DNA of 63,949 nt, the filler included, from Mitosporidium daphniae (taxonomy: Eukaryota): NCBI RefSeq assembly GCF_000760515.2. It is 8 parts of 8 records of this genome, joined end to end, with 100 filler letters (N's around TTAATTAATTAA, not from the genome) between each part and the next. Parts side by side here need not be neighbours in the genome. Positions count along the whole stretch, not along the records: positions 8,373 to 16,555 come from NW_013546661.1; positions 16,656 to 24,803 come from NW_013546660.1; 6 more parts are not named here. One strand, 5' to 3'. Positions 10,126 to 22,008 of the stretch are shown here, one piece after another. A model generated the notes under the pieces. The model was not told the DNA's origin. It saw only the letters and a list, made by a program, of their open reading frames with translations, and searched no databases. The translations under genes and the position numbers were made by a program. Position 1 is the stretch's first letter. Each line of letters opens with the position of its first letter.

Positions 10126-11366
10126 CATCGTTTATTCCCTGCTCGTTTAACAAGAGCAGCTTGTAGCGCATTTCATCTATAAATTCATCTGCGGGCATTG
10201 GAGAGCTGATTTCGCAGTGCGATAATAATGAATCTTCAAAAAAGACCAATAGATCAGCGAATAATGGCGAGAGGGCATTTTTGCACTCCATCGACCATCC
10301 ACTTGGAACAGAGAGGGGGTAAATGAGGTCCATAAAAAGAGCAAGAGTCGAGGCTGGATCTTTTGAAATAAGTTCGGTACTAAAAAACATAGACAAGCAG
10401 GTAAAGATCTGGCTCAGATCTGCTTCACATAAATAGGGAAATCTCGCCGAAATTTTAATGGCTTCTTGGTACGATTTCAGAAATGCAATGATGGGATGGT
10501 TTGGAGCGACGCGCTTGCAATATGTTAATGCATCAAAAGATACGGTTGAGAGAAGGAGCTTTGGATTTCTGGAAATTCTAAATAAAAGGTTGTTTGACAG
10601 AGCGTAGAAAGCGTCATCCTCGATGTGATTATCATGTGCTAGATTTGAGAGCATTATCCACACAAGAAGGATTGAACTCCCATTCTTCCAAAGGTCTTGG
10701 GCCTACAAAATGAAAATGCAGATAAACCTCTAGCACTAGCGAAAGCAACGGATATGCTTTTTTGTTGGTAGTTCTATCTACATGAAACACTAAAGGCAGT
10801 AGTATTGGGATAAACGAGGCGTCTGAAAACGTTAATAGTTTCTCAAGAAACTCTCGAAGTACTTGGATAGCAGATCCAACCAATTTGGGATCCGACATTT
10901 CGGGCACAAGCGTAAAGGCCCACGGCCATGCTAGTGGACTTGCAGACGAAGTAAGAGACCGGATACATTGAAATAATAGGCCATCGATAATTGAAATCCC
11001 GTTTCTAAATAATGTAACAAAATCAGGCACATACACTTTCTCCAGGCCTAACAGATGTCCAGAAGCCAGAAGCATCTTAGCTATTAAGGTAGCGAAAAGA
11101 ATGTCGAGCTTTGAAGCTTTTTGTATCAACAAGCCGTAGTCTTGACATGCAAATGCCTCATAAAGATCCTCAAAAGCACCATTATCTTTATCTATCGCAA
11201 AAGTCTTGTCTTCCACTATTTTTTTAATCAAAAGGTACATGTTTTGGGGCAAAATATCGGAAAGATCTTCAAGGGCATCTGAAGATACTAAATTTTCATC
11301 CCTTTCAACAAGAAGGGGTATGATTTTAGGGGCAATAGGTAACAAGTCCTCGACCGGGAAAGGCAT
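10118..11366 (-). CDS. Alpha-helical protein, weakly like the C-terminal half of Nup85
   Basis: A 25-nt GT-AG intron (10703-10727) joins two ORFs. Nup85 resemblance is by eye only. Confidence 0.4.
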
Positions 11367-13476
11367 TATTAAAATTTGAATTTTGTTGCCACATTTTACA
11401 GGCCAACTTGAATTTGAATTGGATTGCTTCTCTGCAATGCGGCAGTGTCCAGAAAGATTTATATTTTATACGTGCCGGATCAAGTTGACTGTCACTGCAA
11501 AGTAATTAATTTAATCGCAATCGATTGGCGAATTTTTCTTACACGGTTTTCTTACGAGATAAACACCCAGCTAACTATCATATCTCCAATAGCGGGGAAA
11601 CACCATTCTGATAACCCGATTTTTACTTGGCTAGTTTCCATCCATAATATAACGAGGGGTCATCTCTTGTTGGTTGACAGAGTTGAAAAGTAGAAGAAAA
11701 TTACCTACTGATGACCATCTTATCGGGTATACGTGCAAAAGACAGGACAAAGATGGTCCGTGTACGCAATTTATACACACATTGCAAGAGATCCAAAACT
11801 TATTTTATGCAGGAAACGCTTCCTAATCAATTGCCTTCCACTTGCCCTAGCTAGCAGGATCACCGAAGCGGGCAACCTCAATGCAATAAAATGTAACAGA
11901 GAGTGGCAAGCTGTGCAAACCTAACCCTAGCCATCTTTTTTGCCCCAATCAGCAGGGTCGATGTATGCCATCTGACTATTTTGGCATCATACAATTAAGG
12001 TTTAAGAACTTGCTCATAAGCGATATTTTCAATCACATTTGCCTATTTACAAACATATTTTCTATTTTTTCGTGATCCAACTGGTTTCCATTTTACTTGC
12101 TCTGAATGAGGAAATCGTTGGAATTATCGCAAAATTTTTTGGCCGTCTTGTCACAGTTGCTTTTGGACTTAGTATGCCTCCCAGTTGTCCTCCTGAAAGT
12201 AGGCAAGGTTTCTATACTATTAATCTTGAATATATAAACCAACAAGTCTTCTAAGAATTTTTAAACGATGGCTGAGCTTTACCCAATATAAACAATAGCA
12301 TAAGCGGCTTGGGTTTAGATCTTTTTAATCCTTATAAGTATGAGGGCACCGGTATCCTTGAGAGAACAAAGACAGTATATATTGAGCAGAATATTAGAAA
12401 TTTCTTATTTCGAAAAAGTTGACCGAAAAATATCATATGACATTTGATGCTGATTGGGATCGGAAAAGGGTTTTGTTTGATTTTATCCCTGGACTAACCT
12501 TCGACATGTTTTATCTGCGCATTCACTTGGTGTAATATTCTTATCAACCATTCAAACATTGACTTCTACTAAACGCAGTATTAAAGCCCATTTTTAGCTT
12601 CGAGATTAGCTTTTTACACTGGAAGAGTATTATTCATGTTCCTTCTCCAAGCTGGGGTGCTTTATTTGTGGGCAGTTTATTTCTTTGAAGGGAAACTGGA
12701 ATTTGTGGCACAATAATTCCTGCTTGTATTGGCTCCAATTTAAAAGCTTAGGATACCCATTAGTACTGTGGACATCGCAAACGGGGCTCAGTAAACATCT
12801 TCATCAGCATACTCGCGTATGAAGGTCTGAACTTTCGCAGAAATTTTTTTATTGGACTTGCAAAGTTCGCCACAGTGCATTTTCGCAGCTGAAGTTCCGA
12901 TCATTGTAATGTTTTTCTTTTTAAAAAAGAGTTCTGCTACTGGACTGAGGCCGAGTGGAACACTATTACATATAAATGGTGTATATAATTCGAATCGAGC
13001 TTGAAAGAATGGAATACATTTTATTAATACAGTTGACCCTCAAATATTGAGCTCTTTCGCAGCTATCGTCTGTTCGCATAACCTCGAAGCAGTTTGTTTC
13101 GCCATTGGATCTTCCCACGACAAGATAATAGATTTCACTTACATACATATCAATAATCGGGTTGGACACATCCGCCGCAATGAAATGGACGATCTTTGCA
13201 CTTGTCCTCGTGCTCAACGATTGATGGATGAAACCCCCATCATTTGCAATTTCGATGGTTGAGGCCGTGGATATATCTAAATCGTACCTCGCTACGTGGG
13301 GTATGAGCCTAGTGAAAATTGGCGGACCAAATGAACCCTTGACGAGGAACCGCATGCGATGTTACCAGTCAGGCGATATGATCGGCCATCAACTGCATCC
13401 GACGACATCAAATGATTTCAATACCAAATTTATTGAACCTTAAATTTTCAATCGGCTTTCCCAAGATTCTGACGCC

Positions 13477-14980
13477 TCAAACAGATGTTTCTTCATTCTT
13501 AAAGCTAGAGTTCACGGGAAGAGAAATATTTTCGGAAGTTCGAGACTTTTGACCCAAGTTAGGAACAAAGGCTAGTATAATTAGCGTTAAAAAAAGGCAA
13601 AACACTCCGGAAATGAAAAATGTATACTCTTTGAAAACAGAAAGAATCTTAGTTGCGGTAGCGGTAATTAAGAAGGCAAATATCCAACTGAATATCAATT
13701 CAAATAAATAATAAGAATCCTTAATCTTTGGTGTTTTTTTTTTCGAATGATCCTCCAAGGTATGGGTCCAAATCCAAATGAAAAGCAAAATATAAAGCAA
13801 AATGCAGCAACATATTTCATAGGCGCAATATTTTCAAAAAACCCAAAGAAAAGGAGGAATGAAGCACCTGTAGATCCAGCTGCACTAATTACAGCGATAT
13901 ATTTTTTATAAAGTGGATAGTCTAAATGCATCAGAGAATTATTGGATCCCCCCTGAGTGTTCTTTAAATATTCAATTGCAACTCTCAAAAGGACTCCAAC
14001 AAAATTTGCAACTCCCAAAACAAGATAAATATTTGGCAGGTCGCCAAATATCTCCTTTGTGTATGAAAAATATCCGTTAATGAAAGATAACTGTTGAAAG
14101 ATATGGAGGCACATGATTAATATAGCTAACTTCCTTGCTTCCCCAGAATCCGTATTAGGGTTAAAGTTGACAGAGCTCTGTTCATCGGACATTTTGATGA
14201 GATTGTCGGAAGCGTTAGGTTTGACAAAAGTCTCTTCATTGGACATTTGGGTCACACTATCAGAAGCTTTAGAGTTATAAAGATCATTAAAACAAAGAAA
14301 CCCTAAAAAACAATAGGCATTGCTAAAAAGGCTGCAGGTGCATAATAAACGAATCTCCAGCGAGCATAGTTTTTATTCAGAAAATACTCTTGCAGAAATC
14401 CACACAAAAGTATTCCTCCTGGAACCATTAGTCGATAAATAATGTCAAACGCTTTGGCGTTGGGTTTATCATGTAAAGCCATAATGAAATTGTTATAAGG
14501 AATAGGATTGACTTTTCCACCAACCCCAATGCCCATTCCAAGAATAAACCGTCCTAAAGCTAAAATATCCCAATTTTTCGAAAATCCGGAAATAATTCCT
14601 CCCAGAAAAAAGAATATCGAACTGATAAAATAATATTTTTGAGCGCTGTATTTAGAAGTAAATATGGTAATAAACTGTGCAAACGTTCCACCTAAATACA
14701 AAGAATAAATAGCAAAAGAACGGTCTGCCTCAGAGCTAAATTTGAAGTCAAGAGGCACGTTATTTTTATGCGAATCCATATCATGATCCTTCTGGACGGA
14801 ATAAAGCTTTTCTGAGGGAAGAATAGGAAAGGTATGAATAGCCATCAAAAAAAGCAAAGTAGATGATGCAAAATTCTCTAACAACTTACGATAGTCATCA
14901 GTATCAAAAGTGAAAGATACTTGAGTTGATAAAATCAAAATAGCAAGAACAAAGAGAGCTTTTAAGCAGCTAGGATTCAT
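13477..14980 (-). CDS. MFS sugar-porter family transporter, broken by two homopolymer frameshifts
   Basis: GRFILGMGIG, FQQLSFING, FSFGFGPIPW, SWIFAF. The frame breaks at a T6 run (~14305-14310) and an A10 run (~13734-13743); may be a pseudogene or sequencing error. Confidence 0.75.
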
Positions 14981-16686
14981 TAAAAAATTTGGTGAGTCAT
15001 CTCGCTGGTGTGCATTTATTTTAGTGTGAACTAACACATAATTTACAATTAAAATCCATCCATAAATTTACCGCTGTATCTCTGTAAAATCGTAATCAAA
15101 GGCTTTTTTGACCTGCATTGCATTGCTAGAAATACTCTGATTCTAAACATAACCTAATACTCCCCTTAAATCAATCGTCATTTCAGGATTCAGTGTGTTT
15201 TTTCTTTGCGTGGGGCATCTTTCTTCTATCCCCACTGCTATCGTGTATCCAAATCATCTTCAATAAGCCCCTCATGTTACTTTTGTTCATTTCTCGCGCC
15301 ATAACACTGACTCTGATCGCTGCTGCCGTTCCAATTGTATTTGCCTATGGCTCGTCGGTAGTGTATAAAATCACGTAGATCATGAACAAAAGCACAGCTC
15401 AGGTAATTTAGCAACAATTGAGTTGCACGAGGGCAATCATGGCTTCATAAAGAGGCTTGAAGCAAATACCATTGAATCTGAACCCTAACCCTAAATTTAA
15501 GGTAATTCAGCCTCTACTCGCCACAATAGTCTTGTTTAGAAGGTTGGGGCTGCCGCCTCCTGGCTTTTGTTTCAAATAGCATGTGATTTATAGCTCATGA
15601 AAATCAATTTGTTGCTTTCATTAATGGCGCAACACTTATATGCCCAAAATACCTTCCCATCGCCTCAATCTCGGCAGCAACATTTAAGAGAATTAAGTAT
15701 TCAACTGGATCAAAAGAGACATTTATTAATTCCTTGAACGGTTTATAGTATTAGTGGGAGCATATTTATACTGAATACCTTTCCAGAAAAGGAACGTGAG
15801 CCTTTTATGAGGAAGGGAGCAAATGGGGGCGTGAAGGTGTTCCGGGCAATTTTACGCATTCAATTGGTCAAATATTACTTTTATTTGGGGTCTAATCGTG
15901 GGCTTCTCATCCTCTTATTGAGCCCTTAACGCATTCCATCAGATCTCGGGAATTAATTTGTTAATAAACACCTTAAGATAAAGTGATACCCGTCGTTATT
16001 TCTTAGGGGTTTTGTTTATCCTTGTTAGTATCTTTGAAAGATAAACAGATATCCAATTATTCGCGGTTGATGCCATCAATTGTAACATTCCGGTTTGCGG
16101 ACGTTATAGTAAAGGGGTATGGTGAAATATATGAAAAGTTACCCCTAAATCTCGCATGTGAATCCGGTTTGATTCCCCCAACTCTAATCATGAAATCACG
16201 TAATAATAATGGATGTAATTAATTTCTCATACTTTGGCCCGTTTTAATAAATGGAATTTGCACCAACATCTGGATCTTGTGAACCGTACCTTTGAGTCTG
16301 AACGTGGGCTATGCTAAATCCCAACTTTGAGGACTGCTCCATAGTCACTTCCAGCTTCCAAATGATGTTAAATAAGATATATCCCATGAAGAAGATAGTC
16401 ATGTGTATATATTACGCTTCTATTATTTTAAGGATTCTGTTTTTACTGGAAAATCCGTTTGATTTAGTGGTATGATAAGGATTCGAGTAAGGTTAGGCTT
16501 AGTGGATGCACCTAGGGTTAGGGTTAACACCTCAACGAGTTCAGGTTAACACATTNNNNNNNNNNNNNNNNNNNNNNNNNNNNNNNNNNNNNNNNNNNNT
16601 TAATTAATTAANNNNNNNNNNNNNNNNNNNNNNNNNNNNNNNNNNNNNNNNNNNNCTTGTTTATTCTAGATGCAGATTATTAATGA

Positions 16687-18048
16687 TTACAACGGCTCCC
16701 TTTTGATAAAACATGCAATGAAGAAGGCAATAGAATCCATCATTAGCATGTGCTTTTCACTAGGGTCATAATCAATTTCAGGGACAAATCTAACACACTT
16801 TTGTGCATACTCAAAAGAGAGTGAAGTGTAAGGCTCTGGAATACCTCTTCTTACTTGAAGTGGAACGCAAATTTCTTCCAGACAAAGCGGTAGATTGGAA
16901 AGTGCCCAGGACACGACCTCTTCATTTTCAGCGGGAGAAAGCGTGCATGTAGAATAAACAAGTGGAGATCCAACGATTAACATGTCACAGACACTTTTCA
17001 AAAGACGCTTCTGATATGAGGAAAAGTTTTCGCCTCTCCATGGGGCAGACGAATTTTCAATTGATTCGGAGGAAAAAATAGGTCGCTGCCCAATTCCAGA
17101 ACACGGAGGGTCTAATAGAATTGCATCAAACGGATCCTGAGATAACTTGACCACATCTCCCTTGATAACCGTGATGTTCGTGCAATTTGAGGATTGAAGT
17201 AGATTTTCGCACGCCTCTACTTTTGGACGGGAATGCTCAACAGCTACTATTTGAGCTTTCGGGAATAACTCAGATAGGTGTTTGGTTTTACCCCCGTAGC
17301 CAGAACAAGCATCTAAAACCCTTCCATCCCGTCGCTTGCATGCATTAAAGAGGACTCTTGAGGTAACTATGGAAGGAAGATTCTGAAGATAAAAGTGAGA
17401 AGACCGAGATGTTATGGGAAATAAAGCTGTCAGCATTTGGACAGCCGGAACGCCATTTCTTGTCTTTTCCAATTTTAGCTTCATAATAGCCTCTCTTGAT
17501 GGAGTAGCTGGGATACCGAGGCCAAGGAAAACCAAGTTTTCCAGCGAACGAACCCGCTCTCCAACTAAAAAATGAGATGTTTTCTCTACAAACACATTTA
17601 CCAGGTTCCTTTGTGAATTATAGCGGCAAAAACTATCGGCCGTAATAATTCCGGGGGCATAAACATTAGCTCCCCTACATACAGCCTGACCTGTATGCTT
17701 ATCGACAATCACATTTGGGAGATCACATTGAACCTCTGCAGCTGGTGTTCGGGTGCAGATAAAAATCACTTCTGGAAATTTCTCTGCATCAATCCATGCA
17801 TCAAATTTGGAAATAAAGCCTGAAACCCCAATATCTGTCATATCGACAAGGCTTTGATGTAAGGATTTTAACTCAGAACGCACTTCATCCAATGCTGAGT
17901 TGAGCGAGACGTATTTGCTCAGATCTACTCTGATTGTCGTAAGAGCAGGTGGCCGAAATAAAACGGCATTAATAAGCAAAGCAATAGGATCAGAACATTC
18001 AGGGTACACCGTTCGATACCATTGGATTATCGGTTCAGGAAACATCAT
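16687..18048 (-). CDS. NSUN6: RNA cytosine-C5 methyltransferase with PUA domain (NSUN6-like)
   Basis: AVCRGANVYAPGI (PUA), LQNLPS, VLDACSGYGGKT, ILLDPPCSG, VYSTCT, ENEEVV. Confidence 0.85.
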   Translation of the reverse strand: MMFPEPIIQWYRTVYPECSDPIALLINAVLFRPPALTTIRVDLSKYVSLNSALDEVRSELKSLHQSLVDMTDIGVSGFISKFDAWIDAEKFPEVIFICTRTPAAEVQCDLPNVIVDKHTGQAVCRGANVYAPGIITADSFCRYNSQRNLVNVFVEKTSHFLVGERVRSLENLVFLGLGIPATPSREAIMKLKLEKTRNGVPAVQMLTALFPITSRSSHFYLQNLPSIVTSRVLFNACKRRDGRVLDACSGYGGKTKHLSELFPKAQIVAVEHSRPKVEACENLLQSSNCTNITVIKGDVVKLSQDPFDAILLDPPCSGIGQRPIFSSESIENSSAPWRGENFSSYQKRLLKSVCDMLIVGSPLVYSTCTLSPAENEEVVSWALSNLPLCLEEICVPLQVRRGIPEPYTSLSFEYAQKCVRFVPEIDYDPSEKHMLMMDSIAFFIACFIKREPL

Positions 18049-18156
18049 AAAATGACTCCTAGTCCAATCAAAATCAATGTAAAATATTCGCACCTATTAG
18101 TAAATATACTTCATTAAATGGTCTAAATTTTAGCTTTCTCAAGTTTGTTAACTGAA

Positions 18157-19125
18157 ATGACACCTAAATCTAAACGCATCTTTGCTTCTGTAATTTCGCT
18201 TGCTGCTTTTGCTGTGATTGCGGTTATCCTATATATTTATGTCCCGATCGATTCATCCCCTTCAACATTGGCCTCAACGACTACAAAGTCAGCTGTTCAG
18301 ACCGGAGACTTACAAGAAATGAAACCGCTATCTTCGCTGTCAAATGCTACATCTTACGTGGTAGGACTTGCGGCTAACGGAACATCTTCTTTTTTTAATG
18401 TCTCAAATACGATTAGAGACTCGCTTCCCCTTCCAGCGCTGATACCAGATGATAGAAAACCCCTTGTGAGGAATGTGATCGTTATAGGTAGTTCTATTAC
18501 AGCAGTAGCTATTATATCCTTTTTTGCGTACAAAATTCACAAGGTAAGAGCGCTAAGACATGCTAGAATGTTGCGCAGTCATGGTATCTTGGGTATCATC
18601 CCTTTTATTTCATCCGCGGTTTTTAGACAACTCTCTGGGGCCTTGATGGTGCCACAGGTGTCGTTGACTCTTGGTACTATTGGAATTCTTTACTTTGCCT
18701 TGTGGTGGAACTTTGGACTGTCACGCCTTTCATCCTACCTTGTAATTTCGATTATGAGTGGCATCGGAATCTCAGCAAGCGCTTACTTTATATCCAAGCA
18801 ACTCGGCCTCTATAGACCTTCCGCCATCGTGAGCCTGATCTCAGACATAAGCAATGGTGTTGGAGATTCATTAACTGCCAGGATAGCTGGAAATATTGCC
18901 ACTGTTCCCTTTTTGATTATCGTTCCTCTTCTCTTTTTCATTGGTACTACTGCATATGCTAATTCGCTTATACAATACGGAGAGACGTCTTCTTCTCTCA
19001 TCTCCATCTTTGGATTGCTAAAAGCCATTGTTTTCAGCTGCATATATTCCGTGCTTTTTGTGGCAGCTGGAACTATAGCTTTAATAATTAATGTAAACTT
19101 CATTTCAAGGAATCCTGCTGCCTAG
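18157..19125 (+). CDS. Hypothetical multi-pass membrane protein
   Basis: Long ORF: N-terminal TM, S/T-rich loop, several further hydrophobic segments. Confidence 0.65.
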   Translation: MTPKSKRIFASVISLAAFAVIAVILYIYVPIDSSPSTLASTTTKSAVQTGDLQEMKPLSSLSNATSYVVGLAANGTSSFFNVSNTIRDSLPLPALIPDDRKPLVRNVIVIGSSITAVAIISFFAYKIHKVRALRHARMLRSHGILGIIPFISSAVFRQLSGALMVPQVSLTLGTIGILYFALWWNFGLSRLSSYLVISIMSGIGISASAYFISKQLGLYRPSAIVSLISDISNGVGDSLTARIAGNIATVPFLIIVPLLFFIGTTAYANSLIQYGETSSSLISIFGLLKAIVFSCIYSVLFVAAGTIALIINVNFISRNPAA

Positions 19126-19210
19126 CCACCATTTTGAGGATGCCTGTGTGTGCCATACATGCGCACCAGCTTTTCAATATTTAACGTTTCAATAAAAAAT
19201 TAATTGTTTA

Positions 19211-21784
19211 ATGAATTTAATAGGAGTCCACCACACGTTACTCCAGTCTTGGACTCTTTTTACGGCCATTTCAGCTGTGTCTGGCGGGGCTTCCCGGAGG
19301 ATCTATTCATCAGCTAGAAAAAATAGTTTAAATCCGTCATATACGGCATTCCAGTCCCTCAATTTACAAAAGACGCATGAATCGAATTATGTCCGCTTAT
19401 TTAACATCTTACAACTTTATTCAGACGCATCAAAGATGAACTCCATAGGGACATGTAGCAAGGTCATCGATTCTTTGTCCTGCTTCATATCAATTTCAGC
19501 AGTTGCGTGCTTCGCCTTGGATATTTACGATAGGATGAGGCCATTTAGCGAGGTCTCGATTGAAGAAAAATTGAAGATTCTTCGCGTGCTCGTTTTGAAT
19601 GATAAACAATCTGTTTTGGGAAGCGTTTATTTGCCCTTTTTGTGTAAAGGTTCCGAAAAGCTAGCCGAAAATATTCGGACACATTACATTTCAGCTGGAG
19701 TTTGCAGCTCTTTTATGAAAAATCACATTGCCCGAGTGAGGAATTTTCTCGCCACGATCTCACTAGCCGAAATAGACAATACGATTTTATCTTTTCTCCT
19801 AAAAAGAGCAACCTATAATGCCCAGGCTGTGACCTCAATATTGATTCCTGCCATGGAATTCATTCCATCCATCTTGTTGACTCCACAAGTGATGGAAGTT
19901 GTCTTGAAGCAAGCCCTTTTAGTTACCCCGCCACATTCTTCCCATGCGGAGGGTTTGAGTAGGTTATTAATTGAAAGCGAAAAAGCTCTTCGCGAGTCGT
20001 CCACAGTCCTTTCGAAAACAGTGGCTCTTCAGAATCTTTCGCAGTTGCAAAGCAGCGGAAAGTTTCGACGTATCATCGAGCTTGCGGGCGAGTATTTTCA
20101 TAACTGGTATGGTCTTGCTCTTTTAGGCGACTACTATTTGCTCTACAAGAAACCCAGTGCTCCTATTCGGATTCCTCCTGATGAGAGATTCTGTTCACGG
20201 CTGACCCGGCTTACAATCAACGCTCTTTTACATGTAGAGGACGTGAAGGGAATGAAAGACTTCCTACTCGAGCTTGGACAGCATCTGTTGCCGGATACCA
20301 TTGCCAGCGCTCCGCTTGAAAACCTGCGAAGCGTTGCTCCCTATGTTCGTATTGGCGCTGTGAAGGTATTTTGTGAATTTTGTGACAAGTTTAAAATTGA
20401 TCCCCTTCCAAATCCGGTCATTTTTGACCATTTGGTCCAGGCTCTCGCGCTACTTGAAAATTCAGAGTTTTTGCAACAGAAATCCAGTCCTCCTAAAACG
20501 GAGGAGCCTCATAAATTTGATAATCACCAATTAGGGGTATCCAATACACATCGGTACCATGATCTTATGCTTGGCGAATCGCCAATTTCCCTGATCCATC
20601 TTCTTGATGCTAGTCGAACCCTAGAGTTGCTTTGTGACAGTCCCATTCATCGACAATCGCTTATACGAGCTCTGCTATATCAAGCCGTTCCACGCTCCAT
20701 GGTGGGCATCAAACTACCCTTTATAAAGCTTTTGAATCTTTTAAGATCGGTCGACCCGGAGCTAAAAACACAATGGCTTGGAGGTGGAGGCGGAAAAAAT
20801 TTGTACATCACACAGTTTCAGAAACATCTGAACTTTATTGGCGATTTTGATGCTGCTGAGCTTTTAAATTACTATGGAAGTGAGGAATGGCAAAGTGTAG
20901 TCCTGACCGGCAACGATCATCACCACCACCATCCAACTGGCAATGGTCCTTCATTCGGACCAACGAGGCGGACTAGACACAATGTAGCCGAGAAAGACAT
21001 TTTGCTTGCGCTGGGATTGCCTGCAAAGAGCGTACAGAGGCTTTCTACTAATGGAGGACCAGAAAGCCCGCCTCCGTTGCTTTGGGATCTACTTTTTTCC
21101 TGCTTTACTAAAGTATTCATGATCCGAACGGGGCTCCATGCACCCATGTCTCGCTTCTATGCTGACTTTAGAGAGCTGATTTCAATTGAAACGCTGCACT
21201 TTCACTCGGTGGCCGTTCTTCTTTGCTCCCATCTCCTTCTTCTGAGGATGAACGAGGTTTTTGAGATTAGCAAGAAATGGCTGCACGGCTATAATGGCCT
21301 CAAGCGAAAAGATTTGCAAAAAGGGAAGCACGGAGACAGCAGCAATATCAAAGTATACCACAAGCGATTTCTTTCCGATCTGGAGATTCTTGAAGAATTA
21401 CAATCGCTCTTGCCTATTTGGAGCCAGTTTATAAGAGACTTTGAAAAGAGGACATGTGGAAGACCTTTCCCGACAAACGAGGAAAACTCGCTTATTATTT
21501 TAGATTTACTATCAGCCATGAACGTCCCTGTAAAGAAAGAAATCATTCAAGCGTTAACTGATGATTTTCTTATCAAATGTCCTACAATCCAAGACGTTAG
21601 GAAGACAGCCAAGGATCTTCACATCCGCCTGAACGGAGATCAGGGCACAGAGGTAGATTCGGAAATCAGAAGACTGCTTTGTCTGGTTCTGGCAATCCCT
21701 CCGGAGATTGCCCATTTTAGACATCGCTTTTACCATTATTTATTTGAGCGTAAAAAAGGCTTTTTGGACAATAAAAGCAATTAA
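19211..21784 (+). CDS. Hypothetical 857-aa Leu-rich helical protein, possibly mitochondrial
   Basis: Uninterrupted 2.6-kb ORF; N-terminus rich in S/R and poor in acidic residues; no family recognised. Confidence 0.65.
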   Translation: MNLIGVHHTLLQSWTLFTAISAVSGGASRRIYSSARKNSLNPSYTAFQSLNLQKTHESNYVRLFNILQLYSDASKMNSIGTCSKVIDSLSCFISISAVACFALDIYDRMRPFSEVSIEEKLKILRVLVLNDKQSVLGSVYLPFLCKGSEKLAENIRTHYISAGVCSSFMKNHIARVRNFLATISLAEIDNTILSFLLKRATYNAQAVTSILIPAMEFIPSILLTPQVMEVVLKQALLVTPPHSSHAEGLSRLLIESEKALRESSTVLSKTVALQNLSQLQSSGKFRRIIELAGEYFHNWYGLALLGDYYLLYKKPSAPIRIPPDERFCSRLTRLTINALLHVEDVKGMKDFLLELGQHLLPDTIASAPLENLRSVAPYVRIGAVKVFCEFCDKFKIDPLPNPVIFDHLVQALALLENSEFLQQKSSPPKTEEPHKFDNHQLGVSNTHRYHDLMLGESPISLIHLLDASRTLELLCDSPIHRQSLIRALLYQAVPRSMVGIKLPFIKLLNLLRSVDPELKTQWLGGGGGKNLYITQFQKHLNFIGDFDAAELLNYYGSEEWQSVVLTGNDHHHHHPTGNGPSFGPTRRTRHNVAEKDILLALGLPAKSVQRLSTNGGPESPPPLLWDLLFSCFTKVFMIRTGLHAPMSRFYADFRELISIETLHFHSVAVLLCSHLLLLRMNEVFEISKKWLHGYNGLKRKDLQKGKHGDSSNIKVYHKRFLSDLEILEELQSLLPIWSQFIRDFEKRTCGRPFPTNEENSLIILDLLSAMNVPVKKEIIQALTDDFLIKCPTIQDVRKTAKDLHIRLNGDQGTEVDSEIRRLLCLVLAIPPEIAHFRHRFYHYLFERKKGFLDNKSN

Positions 21785-22008
21785 TTAAAGAAATTTATTT
21801 TAGATTGCCTGGCATGTCTCATTGGCTTGTATAGCCATCTGCTAAGTCAAATTAGAATATTGCTTTTTGCACGTCTAAATTCTATTGGCTACAAAAAATA
21901 AATATCAGTTTAAAACGCCAAAGGCTTTAGTCTCGATTTGGAGCCCTGTTCTGTTTTACACCGAAAGCAGCCATAGCGATTGGGCCGTCTAATAGTTGCA
22001 TTTGATTG

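Noticed and set aside
12778..12792. CAAACGGGGCTCAGT resembling RNase MRP conserved region V
   Set aside because: No matching upstream GAAAGTCCCC-type P4 partner was found.
13228..13443. In-frame TGA codons suggesting a variant genetic code
   Set aside because: Conserved genes use TGG for Trp and end at TGA/TAA/TAG normally; the same frame also contains TAA.
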